Shown piece by piece: positions 18,595 through 27,743 of a stretch of 64,000 nucleotides of DNA. The stretch is taken from IMG/VR virus record IMGVR_UViG_3300045988_061617, positions 21,424 through 85,423 of that record; one strand, given 5' to 3'. The position numbers and the translations under genes were made by a program. The notes below the pieces were generated by a model, which ran no database searches, was not told the DNA's origin, and was given only the letters and a program-made list of their open reading frames with translations. Each line of letters opens with the position of its first letter. Position 1 is the stretch's first letter. This DNA comes from a virus.

Positions 18595-19149
18595 ATGCCA
18601 AGTAAGTCGGTTAATATTACACTATCGACTCCAATTGGTCCTCTAGAAATATACGTAGATAAACGAGAACAAGCTCGTGCAGCAAAGTTGATTGCTAAAA
18701 CCCCAAGTATCTTAAACAAAGGCTATGCGAAAGGTACCGAAAGGTTTGGCAATCAACTTCTTCGTATAGTAAGACGAAGTTTAAATACTGGTGTACCTCC
18801 AAGGGGTTCTAACGTATCTTGGCCACCCCATGCACCTGGGACCATTAGGAAATATGGTGATCATACTATGTTACACCTTACGGGTCAATATGCCAGATCA
18901 GTTACTTTGGTAAAAGGTAGAAAACGAACTTTTGTGGGATTACCAATTGGAATAAGGAAGATTACCTATACTGGTAAGACTTCTAGAAAAACCCTAAACC
19001 AGATAGCTATCATGTTAGAGTATGGTAGTAGAGATGGTAATTTACCTCCTCGTCCTTTATGGGGTCCTGCTTATAAAGCAGCTGGTGGAAAGAAAGGCCT
19101 TATGAAGGAAATACGTAATGCAGTTAGAAACGAAATAAGAAAAATATAA
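18595..19149 (+). CDS. Putative head-tail joining / tail completion protein (HK97 gp10-like)
   Basis: 184 aa. The C-terminal LPPRPLWGPAYKAAG resembles the RPF(L/W)..A motif of the HK97 gp10 family. The position upstream of the sheath fits. Confidence 0.35.
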   Translation: MPSKSVNITLSTPIGPLEIYVDKREQARAAKLIAKTPSILNKGYAKGTERFGNQLLRIVRRSLNTGVPPRGSNVSWPPHAPGTIRKYGDHTMLHLTGQYARSVTLVKGRKRTFVGLPIGIRKITYTGKTSRKTLNQIAIMLEYGSRDGNLPPRPLWGPAYKAAGGKKGLMKEIRNAVRNEIRKI

Positions 19150-20075
19150 TGGCAAAAGATTTTGATATATCTCCCTTATCTGGTATTGGCCCTGCTACAA
19201 TTACTGTAAAACCCAAATCGGTTAATGATTCGGAATCGATTAGGGACCAAGTAATAAAGGTAGTAGTTCAGGGAGTAGAAAGGGAGATTACTTTAGTACA
19301 AAAGGGTGCTCCGCCTTCTGTAGAAACTTGGAGGAGTTTTCTTCGTATCGAACCAACGAGTTTAGATCAATTTACTGGTTCTAAGAGAAATGAAACCAAA
19401 GAATTATCGGTATATAGTTATGAACAGAAATACGTAAATGATCAACCTCAAGAGGTATATCGTTCCATAAACTTTTCAGTTGAAGGTAATTCAGATTGGT
19501 TAGATATTACTACAGAAGTTGGCGATGGTAATAACCCTGGAAAGGTTATTTTCAAAACTCTTTCATATAACCCAACTTATAATCCATCAACTTATGTACC
19601 ATTATCCAGAGAAGTTCCAGTAAGGATAGTACAGAATTCTGGGGATAGACTATCCGTAGATCTAACCATAGTTCAAGGTCCTGGAGAACGAACGGAAGCC
19701 TATGGTTTCGAGCCCACTCCTCATGCAGGGCATGGCTTTGCCAATCAAAATGCTTCTAAACAAGTAACTGTTCAGGGTTATGAGTATATTAACATTAATG
19801 GTACTGAAGTATCTAAGTCTGTTAAACCCTTTAAAATACCTACCATAGCTGAACATAAGACTGGTAACTTTGGAATAATAGGTCAGGACCCTGTACAATG
19901 GGAAGCTTATATTACTGATTATCCCTCGAGTGTAGTAAACACTTTCATTAATCAAATGACTTGTGTAGTACACTTTAATAGTGCTATGGTTGGAACTATT
20001 AGTGTTACTTGGGATGCCTCTTTTAGTTCCAATGGGCAAACCAAAACTGGCAGGTTTATTTTGGTAAATACATAA
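19149..20075 (+). CDS. Virion protein with an N-terminal BACON-like/Ig-like domain
   Basis: FDISPLSGIGPATITVKPKSVNDSESIRDQVIKVVVQGVEREITLVQKGAP follows the same pattern as the repeats at 15220-17013. Confidence 0.4.
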   Translation: MAKDFDISPLSGIGPATITVKPKSVNDSESIRDQVIKVVVQGVEREITLVQKGAPPSVETWRSFLRIEPTSLDQFTGSKRNETKELSVYSYEQKYVNDQPQEVYRSINFSVEGNSDWLDITTEVGDGNNPGKVIFKTLSYNPTYNPSTYVPLSREVPVRIVQNSGDRLSVDLTIVQGPGERTEAYGFEPTPHAGHGFANQNASKQVTVQGYEYININGTEVSKSVKPFKIPTIAEHKTGNFGIIGQDPVQWEAYITDYPSSVVNTFINQMTCVVHFNSAMVGTISVTWDASFSSNGQTKTGRFILVNT

Positions 20076-20079
20076 CAAT

Positions 20080-20784
20080 ATGGTAAATTCAGAGGAAGTA
20101 GTTGAAAGAACTTTCTATATAAGTTTACTCAACGTATTATTGAAGAATGGTCTTACCTTAAATCCTGAAGATTATTTACCGCTCTCTCCACAGAATGAGA
20201 AAAGATTCCTTGAAGATATGAATGGTATGAAAAAGTTCATACCTCTTTGGGGAGTAAGTAATAATCAGGTAAAGGGTCCTAAGACACTCCCTCGTATAAC
20301 TCTGGAATTACAGGGGTATTACTCGGGAGATATTGGAATAGAAAAATACATTATCGGTGATAAGTTAGAAGACGGTAATTATCAGTCTTCAGAATTCCCT
20401 TATGAAACTAAGGATATCACTATTGATGTACACCTCGTTTCTCAAACGCAAGCAGATATGAGATTACTACATAATATATTATACACTGCTTTGCCATCGA
20501 GAGGATACATAAGACCCTATTTCAATGATTTAGAAGAATGGGAGGAGGGGAGAATTGCTCCAACTGGGAATCTATTTATTGAAATAGGTAACTACTATGA
20601 CCATCCAGATGTAGAACATGGGATATTAGAGAAAGTATACACTTATACTTGTAAGGATGGTATACTTCCAGAGAAAGCTTTGGAAGATGGTGCTCTTACA
20701 TCTATAAAAGATATTTCAGTTCTCATGGGTTTAGTAGAACAAAACGAAAAAGATCTGTTAGAATTAAAAGTACCTAATCAATAG
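20080..20784 (+). CDS. Hypothetical tail protein (tail terminator / sheath-completion position)
   Basis: 234-aa ORF immediately upstream of the sheath gene. Assigned by position only. Confidence 0.3.
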   Translation: MVNSEEVVERTFYISLLNVLLKNGLTLNPEDYLPLSPQNEKRFLEDMNGMKKFIPLWGVSNNQVKGPKTLPRITLELQGYYSGDIGIEKYIIGDKLEDGNYQSSEFPYETKDITIDVHLVSQTQADMRLLHNILYTALPSRGYIRPYFNDLEEWEEGRIAPTGNLFIEIGNYYDHPDVEHGILEKVYTYTCKDGILPEKALEDGALTSIKDISVLMGLVEQNEKDLLELKVPNQ

Positions 20785-20838
20785 GACGATACTCTAGGGT
20801 ATAAATTAAACAAGTAATAACTTTAATCATATAAGAAT

Positions 20839-22611
20839 ATGCCAACTTCACCTCATGTAGATTTTAAGTTTAAGAATAACAATGTTCTTCAAACTACTCC
20901 TATGTTAGGAGTTTCTTGTGTATTGGCTAGAACTACTAAGGGACCTTATGATGATCCTTCAGAAATTATTTCTACATTCTCTCAGTTCCAAAGAATATAC
21001 GGTTCTGAGATTGTACCAGATGGTTCTGTATCAAATATCGAAAAGGCTTTGCAAGGTGGTTCTAAGCTTCGTGTAATTCGGGTATTAGGGCAAGGTGCTA
21101 CCCAAGGTATCATCACGCAGACAGCAGATCAAAGAAAAGCTAAAACAGTTAAATCTGAAGAAGAGGGAATAGCTCCTACTTCTGCTGTACCAGAACCTGC
21201 TAAACCCGCAGCAATTATAACCATTACCTCTGGTGGAACTACTTATAGTTTGGGATTAGTAACTAAGGGTTATGGAGATCCTATTGGTACTGGGGCTACT
21301 TTCCAAGTAGGTTTTTATAAACAAGCTAATACCTTGTATTATAGAATCCATTCTGCTAATGGCCAGGTAATAGAGCAAGGACCAGTAATAACTTATAAAA
21401 CCTCAGATGCTAATAATAATACTTCGGTAGATTATCTTGCTCTTAGTGCTTTTGCTAAAAATTCCGAATATCTTAAGCCGGTAGTAGTTACGGGGTCTTC
21501 TTTCGAGAACCTTATCAAATGGCTTACAGATACCGTGGATGGTTCAACTAGTTCTATTACTGTAACAGTCGGTGGAGAACAACCATCCGATACAGAGAAA
21601 TTATTTAACGGTACCATTGGTAGTGCTGGTTCAGATCCTACTGCCGATGAATGGATTGCTTCACTGGACTTAGTAAAAGATTATACTGACTTCTACCAAT
21701 TATTCATTTCCCATATCTCTCAACACCTTACTTCAGACTCAGATGTACTGAAAGTGTATAAGGCTGCTGCAGATATGGCAAAAGAATTGATGGAATGGGT
21801 ACTTTATATTGAAGTTCCAAAGCATCTCACTCATTATACTGAAGGTACTCAAGCTAGGGATTATAAAGCTCAGGTAACTTGGGTACAGACTTGTATGGGT
21901 ACTGTTGGTAATTCTAAGTACATTGCCTATTTTGGGGGTGGACTTAAATATTACAATGAAAACGGTAATCTTCAAGATTCAGATGTAGTGGGAACTATTG
22001 TTGGTTTGGGAGATGCTTCTGCTACTCAATACGGTCCTTGGAAATCCTTTGCTGGTATGAACCGTGGAGTTATTCCGGATGCCATTGGCCCAGTATGTTC
22101 AAACTATGGTTCACCCTCTAGGTATAATGAACTGAATACACTTGCTCAGAATTATATCAATGAGATGGTAATTAAAGATACTCCGGATGCTGGTAAACAA
22201 ACTATGCTATGGCATTGCTTCTCATCTCAAGTAAAACAAGATTCAGAAAGATTCCTTTCAATAGTAAGGCTTAATCTTTATCTGAAGAAGTTCCTTCGCC
22301 CTGTACTTAATAAGTATATTGAAGAGCCTAACGTTTGGGGTACTTGGAAGAGAATTTGGTTGGAGGTTAAACCTACTCTAGATTCTTTGGTAGATGAAGA
22401 TGCCATGACCGAATATACCTGGATGGGTGACCAAGATGCAACTTCTTGGGATGACCTCTCGGTTAACAATGAGGCAGATGCTCGTCAAGGTAAATACCGT
22501 GCTATCCTTAAGTATAAGGACGTAGTTCCTATGCAAGAGGTAACTATGGAGATCGTAATTGAGGCGGCTTCTAAGTCTGTATCAATTGTAGAAACAAATA
22601 ATAACGCTTAA
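20839..22611 (+). CDS. Contractile tail sheath protein
   Basis: 590 aa, directly followed by a roughly 150-aa tube gene. The N-terminus (LGVSCVLARTTKGPYDDPSEIISTFSQFQRIYGS) resembles the conserved sheath N-terminal segment. Confidence 0.7.
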   Translation: MPTSPHVDFKFKNNNVLQTTPMLGVSCVLARTTKGPYDDPSEIISTFSQFQRIYGSEIVPDGSVSNIEKALQGGSKLRVIRVLGQGATQGIITQTADQRKAKTVKSEEEGIAPTSAVPEPAKPAAIITITSGGTTYSLGLVTKGYGDPIGTGATFQVGFYKQANTLYYRIHSANGQVIEQGPVITYKTSDANNNTSVDYLALSAFAKNSEYLKPVVVTGSSFENLIKWLTDTVDGSTSSITVTVGGEQPSDTEKLFNGTIGSAGSDPTADEWIASLDLVKDYTDFYQLFISHISQHLTSDSDVLKVYKAAADMAKELMEWVLYIEVPKHLTHYTEGTQARDYKAQVTWVQTCMGTVGNSKYIAYFGGGLKYYNENGNLQDSDVVGTIVGLGDASATQYGPWKSFAGMNRGVIPDAIGPVCSNYGSPSRYNELNTLAQNYINEMVIKDTPDAGKQTMLWHCFSSQVKQDSERFLSIVRLNLYLKKFLRPVLNKYIEEPNVWGTWKRIWLEVKPTLDSLVDEDAMTEYTWMGDQDATSWDDLSVNNEADARQGKYRAILKYKDVVPMQEVTMEIVIEAASKSVSIVETNNNA

Positions 22612-22624
22612 ACACTTATAAATA

Positions 22625-23089
22625 ATGGGAGCAAAAGTAAAAAATCCAAGAAAGAAGTTTCTTTGGAGTATTATGTTTCCTAAGCACCCTATCAATACAT
22701 ACCTCTTTCAAACTTGTACTTTGCCAGATGTAGAAATTGATCAGGTAGCTCATGGAGATATTAATAGAGACGTTAAGACTGCCGGTAGGGTAACAGTATC
22801 CAATTTGGTAGTAGAGAAACTTATGACTACTGCAGGTTCTGATACCTGGCTTCATGATTGGCTTTATTCTTGCCAAGACATGATAGTTGGTGGAGGATTG
22901 GTACCAAGCCAATACTGGGAAACTGCAATAGTAAACGAACTTGCCGAAGATGGAGTCTCCGTTCTTAATACCCACATCTATGAAGAAGTTTGGCCCTGTA
23001 AAATTACTGGCCTTGATTTGGATAGAATGGCTTCAGAGAATACCATTGAGTCTATTGAGTTCTCAGTTGGTACTGCAGACAAATATTAA
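22625..23089 (+). CDS. Tail tube protein
   Basis: 154 aa between the sheath and the chaperone/tape-measure genes. Followed by an intrinsic terminator. Confidence 0.6.
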   Translation: MGAKVKNPRKKFLWSIMFPKHPINTYLFQTCTLPDVEIDQVAHGDINRDVKTAGRVTVSNLVVEKLMTTAGSDTWLHDWLYSCQDMIVGGGLVPSQYWETAIVNELAEDGVSVLNTHIYEEVWPCKITGLDLDRMASENTIESIEFSVGTADKY

Positions 23090-23121
23090 TTCCTTAGTTA
23101 ATTTTTACTAAGATTCGGTGG

Positions 23122-23160
23122 AGGGGTGGGATTCCTGTGATAGGAGCTCACCCCTTTCTT
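23122..23160 (+). terminator. Rho-independent terminator after the tube gene
   Basis: AGGGGTGGG ... CTCACCCCT (9-bp stem with one wobble, extendable by 3 further pairs) followed by TTTCTTGTTG. Confidence 0.65.
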
Positions 23161-23210
23161 GTTGTTATAGGGAATACTATGAACATTTGTAATCAATTAA
23201 ATTTATTTAT

Positions 23211-23972
23211 ATGGAATTTAGAACATTTAGTTTTACCGGACCCTCTGGTTATCAATATGAGATCAGAGAACAAAATGGTGCTGATGAAGACATTCTTAGC
23301 AACCTTAGTGATATGAAAAATTTGATGAACATAACTAAGTTCATCTCTGCCATCGTAGTAAAAACCGATGTTACACCTACGGGTAAATTAACTGTGGAAG
23401 ATGCACTTAGTCTTCCAGTTAATGACAGATATTGTATTATATTTCAATCCCGTATTTTTTCTCTGGGTGAAGAAGTAGAATTTGAATATGATTGGGGTAA
23501 AGAGAATGGAGGTAAAGTAACTTATGGCCAAGATCTAAATGAATTCCTTTTCGACTTTAGTGATAGCCCCAATGAAGAAGAGATGGATAAGAAACCCGAT
23601 GCTATCCCATTCTATCCCTATGGCAAGAGACTTAAAGATCATGAAGTAACCCTTGATTCAGGTAAGCTAATCAAATTTGACTGTATGAACGGCCATGGAG
23701 AACAAAAATTAGTATCAATGCCCTTGGATAAGCAAACTAAAAATGCTCCTCTTTTATGTAGAAACCTCTGCTTAGAGGTAGATGGTAAATGGGAAGTAGT
23801 AGAAAACTTTGCTATCTTTACTGCTAAAGATATGGCTCAAATTAGAAAACAGGTTGCTTCTATAGACCCCATATTCAAAGGAGAATCTCATATTACTAAT
23901 CCAGTAACCGGAGAAGAAAGAACTTATCCTATTATATGGGCTCCAAGTTTTTTCTACCTGACGGAAGAGTAA
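23211..23972 (+). CDS. Tail assembly chaperone (G-like, zero-frame product)
   Basis: 253-aa acidic ORF between the tube and tape measure genes. It carries a canonical -1 slippery heptamer 18 nt before its stop. Confidence 0.6.
   Translation: MEFRTFSFTGPSGYQYEIREQNGADEDILSNLSDMKNLMNITKFISAIVVKTDVTPTGKLTVEDALSLPVNDRYCIIFQSRIFSLGEEVEFEYDWGKENGGKVTYGQDLNEFLFDFSDSPNEEEMDKKPDAIPFYPYGKRLKDHEVTLDSGKLIKFDCMNGHGEQKLVSMPLDKQTKNAPLLCRNLCLEVDGKWEVVENFAIFTAKDMAQIRKQVASIDPIFKGESHITNPVTGEERTYPIIWAPSFFYLTEE
23948..23954 (+). promoter_or_regulatory. Candidate programmed -1 ribosomal frameshift site T_TTT_TTC
   Basis: The zero frame reads AGT TTT TTC (S F F), an X_XXY_YYZ heptamer in the correct register. The -1 frame is open from here through 24115. 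Confidence 0.55.
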
Positions 23973-24115
23973 TGTTAGAGAGTGATTTTGTTTATATCAC
24001 TAGAGCCGAGATAGCCTTAGACTATTTCGGCTTTTTACGCCTTCCGTATCGAATTAGGAAAATCTTCAAGGAGATGGCTGAACAATATTATAAACAATTA
24101 AAGAAAAGAAAATAA
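23972..24115 (+). CDS. 47-codon ORF in the -1 frame (T-like extension of the chaperone; also has its own ATG in a TAATG overlap)
   Basis: MLESDFVYITRAEIALDYFGFLRLPYRIRKIFKEMAEQYYKQLKKRK. It falls below the ORF-track length cutoff and ends 3 nt before the tape measure ATG. A frameshift fusion would be 248 aa + LPDGRV + these 47 aa. Confidence 0.5.
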   Translation: MLESDFVYITRAEIALDYFGFLRLPYRIRKIFKEMAEQYYKQLKKRK

Positions 24116-24118
24116 ATT

Positions 24119-26050
24119 ATGAATACCAGTAGGAGTATAATAGAGGTCGGTGTTGCCATGGTATTAAAGGATCGATTCTCTCAAGAAGCTGGCAAGATAT
24201 CTGGATCATTCAGAACCATGATGAATGACATGAGTACTTGGAATAGAGGTATTCAGATGTCAGCTTCCAATACAATGGACTTCGGAATGCAGCTCGTAGG
24301 GGGGATGGCAAAGGCCTATAAGTACTCTGCGGGTGTTCAGAATGAAGTTTGGACAGCATCGAAGATTGCTGGTGCTACTATTGCAGAGCAAAGGGAAATG
24401 TTACAATTGGCCAAAGATGTCAATGAGATAACTCCTCTTACGGCTGCCGATGTGGCATCAGGACAAAGGTACCTAGCTATGGCAGGTAATAAGTTTAATG
24501 CCATTAAAGAAATGATTGGGCCAGCATCTAAGCTTGCTTCAATCTTTACTATGCCAGTAGGACAGAAAGGTGGTGTAGCTGACTTGATGACTAACATCAT
24601 GTCAATGTACCAAATACCAATGACTGATGCCGCTAGAGTAACCGATGATTTATTTACTGCTGTTACTAATGCAAATATATCTTTAACAGACTTAGCCCAG
24701 TCTATATCTTATGCAGGGGCAGATATGGCAACTGCTGGAGTAGACCTTCGACAAACGGCTGCTGCTATTGGCGTATTGGGAGATATGGGTATACAGGGTT
24801 CTATGGCAGGTACTTCACTTGCTAATATGATACGTTACTTACAACTATCCCTTGTTAACCAAAAACAAAAAGGCTATAACGCTTTAGCAGACTTAGGCTT
24901 AAGCCCCGATGAATTCTTTGATGCTCAGGGTAATCTTATAGACCTTTACACTATCTATCAAAAGTTTGCTAAGGCCGCAATAGATTTACCTTCACGAATC
25001 GAAACCCCAACCTTCTTCAATATCTTTGGAGTTCGTGGTAATAGAGGTATGCTTCCCGTACTTAGGGACATTGCTTCTGGTAGAGATAAGATGGGTAAAA
25101 TACTTGCAACCTATGATCAAAATATTGGGGCAGTAAATAGGCTCAATGAAGAAAGGCTTCAAACGGATGCCGGTGTAATAGATCAATGGGAATCTAGTTT
25201 AGAAAACTTAACCGTTACTGCAGGTGCTGCTTTGGGCAGAGTCTTTACACCCATCCTACAAGTTGGTCAAAAGATAGTGGGCGTAATAAACTCCATGGCT
25301 GAAACTTGGGGTGGAAGTTTTGCACTTAGAGTTGCTGCTACTGGAGTAGTAGTTGGTACCATTGTTGCAGGATTCAATACCGTAAGAGGTATCATAAGGT
25401 CTGTTGGTTATTTGCAAACAATTGCTACAGCTTCTACTGAGGGTATGTCTACAGCAGCTATTAAGACTAATACTCAGTTTGCTATTATGGAAACTCATAT
25501 GATAAGCATGGTGAATCATATGAGAACTCTGGTGCAATTACAAATGATGATGGGTGGGGTTAGTATGAATAAAGCTGGTAGGTTTTATAATACCAAAACT
25601 GGCCGGTATGTTAAAACTCCGAACCCAGGAATGCCACCAGCTACTTCACTTCTTGGTGGTGCAGTGGGTGGTACCATAGTTAACCAAGCAGGTAAACAAG
25701 CTGCTAAAACTGTTGCTACTAAAGGATTAGCCTCTATAGGAGGTAGATTATTGGGATTACTTGGAGGACCCTGGGGAGCAGCTATTACGGTAGGTTTGCC
25801 ATTATTAGTAGAAGTGGGTAGTAGACTTATAAGTTCTGTTGATAGGAATACTGATGCTCAAGGTAGAGATCAAGAAGATCCTACTACTATTCGGGCTCAG
25901 AATGAAGAGAGGTTTTTAAATGCTATGAGGTCAGCTATTAGGGATGGGTTAAAGGATGGTAAGATTAACATAAGTGTAGATGGAGAAATCTTAGGAGATT
26001 ACTCCTTAGGTTCCCAACAAGATTATACTGGTGTAGCATTAGGATTATAA
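24119..26050 (+). CDS. Tail tape measure protein
   Basis: 643 aa. Core TMP region ISYAGADMATAGVDLRQTAAAIGVLGDMGIQGSMAGTSLANMI, with Gly/Ala-rich hydrophobic segments in the C-terminal half. Position after the chaperone fits. Confidence 0.85.
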   Translation: MNTSRSIIEVGVAMVLKDRFSQEAGKISGSFRTMMNDMSTWNRGIQMSASNTMDFGMQLVGGMAKAYKYSAGVQNEVWTASKIAGATIAEQREMLQLAKDVNEITPLTAADVASGQRYLAMAGNKFNAIKEMIGPASKLASIFTMPVGQKGGVADLMTNIMSMYQIPMTDAARVTDDLFTAVTNANISLTDLAQSISYAGADMATAGVDLRQTAAAIGVLGDMGIQGSMAGTSLANMIRYLQLSLVNQKQKGYNALADLGLSPDEFFDAQGNLIDLYTIYQKFAKAAIDLPSRIETPTFFNIFGVRGNRGMLPVLRDIASGRDKMGKILATYDQNIGAVNRLNEERLQTDAGVIDQWESSLENLTVTAGAALGRVFTPILQVGQKIVGVINSMAETWGGSFALRVAATGVVVGTIVAGFNTVRGIIRSVGYLQTIATASTEGMSTAAIKTNTQFAIMETHMISMVNHMRTLVQLQMMMGGVSMNKAGRFYNTKTGRYVKTPNPGMPPATSLLGGAVGGTIVNQAGKQAAKTVATKGLASIGGRLLGLLGGPWGAAITVGLPLLVEVGSRLISSVDRNTDAQGRDQEDPTTIRAQNEERFLNAMRSAIRDGLKDGKINISVDGEILGDYSLGSQQDYTGVALGL

Positions 26051-26061
26051 ATATACATATC

Positions 26062-26979
26062 ATGGCTAGAGTATTAAATAAAGCAGCAGGTAAGGTTGTT
26101 GAAAAATATAATGACCTTACACGGGATACTTCAGGAGTTCTTACTGGACCCTTGAATAAACTATGGAGAGCAAGGATATTACTCAATAGAGCTACTTCAA
26201 TTCTACCAAAGGATGATGCTCCAAAGGGGAAACTCTATGACCCTAATGGTGTTTTTGGAGAAGCTCAGATATCTTCTAAAAACCCAACTCTGAATAAACA
26301 ACTCCAAGCGAAATGGAGGATGGAATTACAATTCCCCAGAATGGAAGAAGGAGAAGGAGTAGACCCAGCAAAAGGGAATAAGAATACTACTAATTACCGA
26401 AACTTTGAAGTAAAAACTGAGATTATATATCAGAATGAGATAAGGATATACAATATGTCAGTTAATCCTACTCAACATATTGTCTTACAAAATAGGCCAC
26501 CAGAATTGGACTTTAGGGGTGAAACTACCTGGGCAACCATTAAGTCTATGGGACGTAATGTACCTATGTACCACTATACTGGAGCTGAGGACATTATTCA
26601 GTTTAATGTATCTTGGTACTGTAATGACCCAGAGAATCCCGAAGAGGTAGTAAATAAATGTAGGCTATTAGAAGCATGGTCTAAATCCAATGGGTATCAG
26701 TCTGCTCCCCCAATCATCAAAATAGAATGGGGAAGTTCTGGCTTATTTGATGATCATCACTATATTATTACTTCAGCAACTTATACTCTGAAAAATTTTC
26801 AGAATGGCTATAGAATAAGAGTACCCGGTAAACCGGCAACTTTTGGTAATGGTAGGTTATTACCTGCAGCAGCTACTCAAGAATTAATTTTCAAGAGAGT
26901 AAGTGCATATAACTTATCCTATGGGGATTTTATAAATTCGGATTCACTTAAAAAGACGAAAGGTATTAAATATGATTGA
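26062..26979 (+). CDS. Baseplate/tail protein at the Mu gp43-like position
   Basis: 305-aa ORF immediately after the tape measure gene and before the LysM protein. Assigned by position only. Confidence 0.3.
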   Translation: MARVLNKAAGKVVEKYNDLTRDTSGVLTGPLNKLWRARILLNRATSILPKDDAPKGKLYDPNGVFGEAQISSKNPTLNKQLQAKWRMELQFPRMEEGEGVDPAKGNKNTTNYRNFEVKTEIIYQNEIRIYNMSVNPTQHIVLQNRPPELDFRGETTWATIKSMGRNVPMYHYTGAEDIIQFNVSWYCNDPENPEEVVNKCRLLEAWSKSNGYQSAPPIIKIEWGSSGLFDDHHYIITSATYTLKNFQNGYRIRVPGKPATFGNGRLLPAAATQELIFKRVSAYNLSYGDFINSDSLKKTKGIKYD

Positions 26980-27262
26980 TGTTAACCAATACTTAATAGG
27001 AGCAAGTCCTTATAACAGTGCCTATGCCATAAACTACGGTGATGGAGATTATTCTTTGGAATCACCAATAGTTTCAGTACCGTCTTCTTCCAATGATCTA
27101 CAACATACAGTTAAAGATGGCGAAACTTTACAGAATATTGCTTATAAGTATTTTAAAGATTCTGGTAAGTGGTATATCATTGCAGAAGCTAATGGTATCT
27201 TAAATCCCTTTAAAGAATTGGAAAGTGGAACCATAATAAGGATACCAACGTATGGCAGCTAA
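26972..27262 (+). CDS. LysM-domain tail protein (P2 gpX-like)
   Basis: HTVKDGETLQNIAYKYFKDSGKWYIIAEANGILNPFKELESGTIIRIP is a canonical LysM motif in a 96-aa protein, matching gpX in size and context. Confidence 0.8.
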   Translation: MIDVNQYLIGASPYNSAYAINYGDGDYSLESPIVSVPSSSNDLQHTVKDGETLQNIAYKYFKDSGKWYIIAEANGILNPFKELESGTIIRIPTYGS

Positions 27263-27743
27263 ACAGAAACCAATATTATATAATGGAATGGGCCAACCAT
27301 ATATGGCTCTATTCGATTTTAGAGGTATGCCCATAATGAATCCCATTACAGGTATACCTCTTGGAGCTTACATTAGTACTTGGAACTATAGGTACGATGA
27401 AGAAAAAGAGAACTTAGCTACGATTACTTTTGATACTGGAGATCCAGATACGGTAGATATTGAGGCTTTACAAGAGGGTAGTGTAATATGCCTACAATGG
27501 GGATATATTTATCCAGATGGCCAATTTGTATCGGGCCCAATTAAAACTATCAAAGTAAGGGATTTTAATGCCAAGTTTGATTCTACTGGTACTCATGTTA
27601 CGATTCAATGTATAGATTCTATTGGTGATTTGAGATATCAGCCTCCTTATAATTTTTCTGAGGCATCAGAAAATAGCTTATCTACTTATTTAGATAACGG
27701 GTGTAATAATGGGACAGGTGTAATCATAGAAATATTTCAGTAA
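27252..27743 (+). CDS. Baseplate hub protein, N-terminal gpD/Mu gp44-like segment (separate ORF)
   Basis: 163 aa. ITFDTGDPDTVDIEALQEGSVICLQWGY ... IKVRDFNAKFDSTGTHVTIQCID resembles the N-terminal part of gpD-like hub proteins. TAATG coupling to the next ORF. Confidence 0.35.
   Translation: MAAKQKPILYNGMGQPYMALFDFRGMPIMNPITGIPLGAYISTWNYRYDEEKENLATITFDTGDPDTVDIEALQEGSVICLQWGYIYPDGQFVSGPIKTIKVRDFNAKFDSTGTHVTIQCIDSIGDLRYQPPYNFSEASENSLSTYLDNGCNNGTGVIIEIFQ

Noticed and set aside
22616-22975. 119-aa minus-strand ORF opposite the tail tube gene
   Set aside because: The plus-strand ORF fits the sheath-tube-chaperone-TMP synteny and is bounded by a terminator. The minus-strand ORF would be a lone antisense gene with no promoter region.
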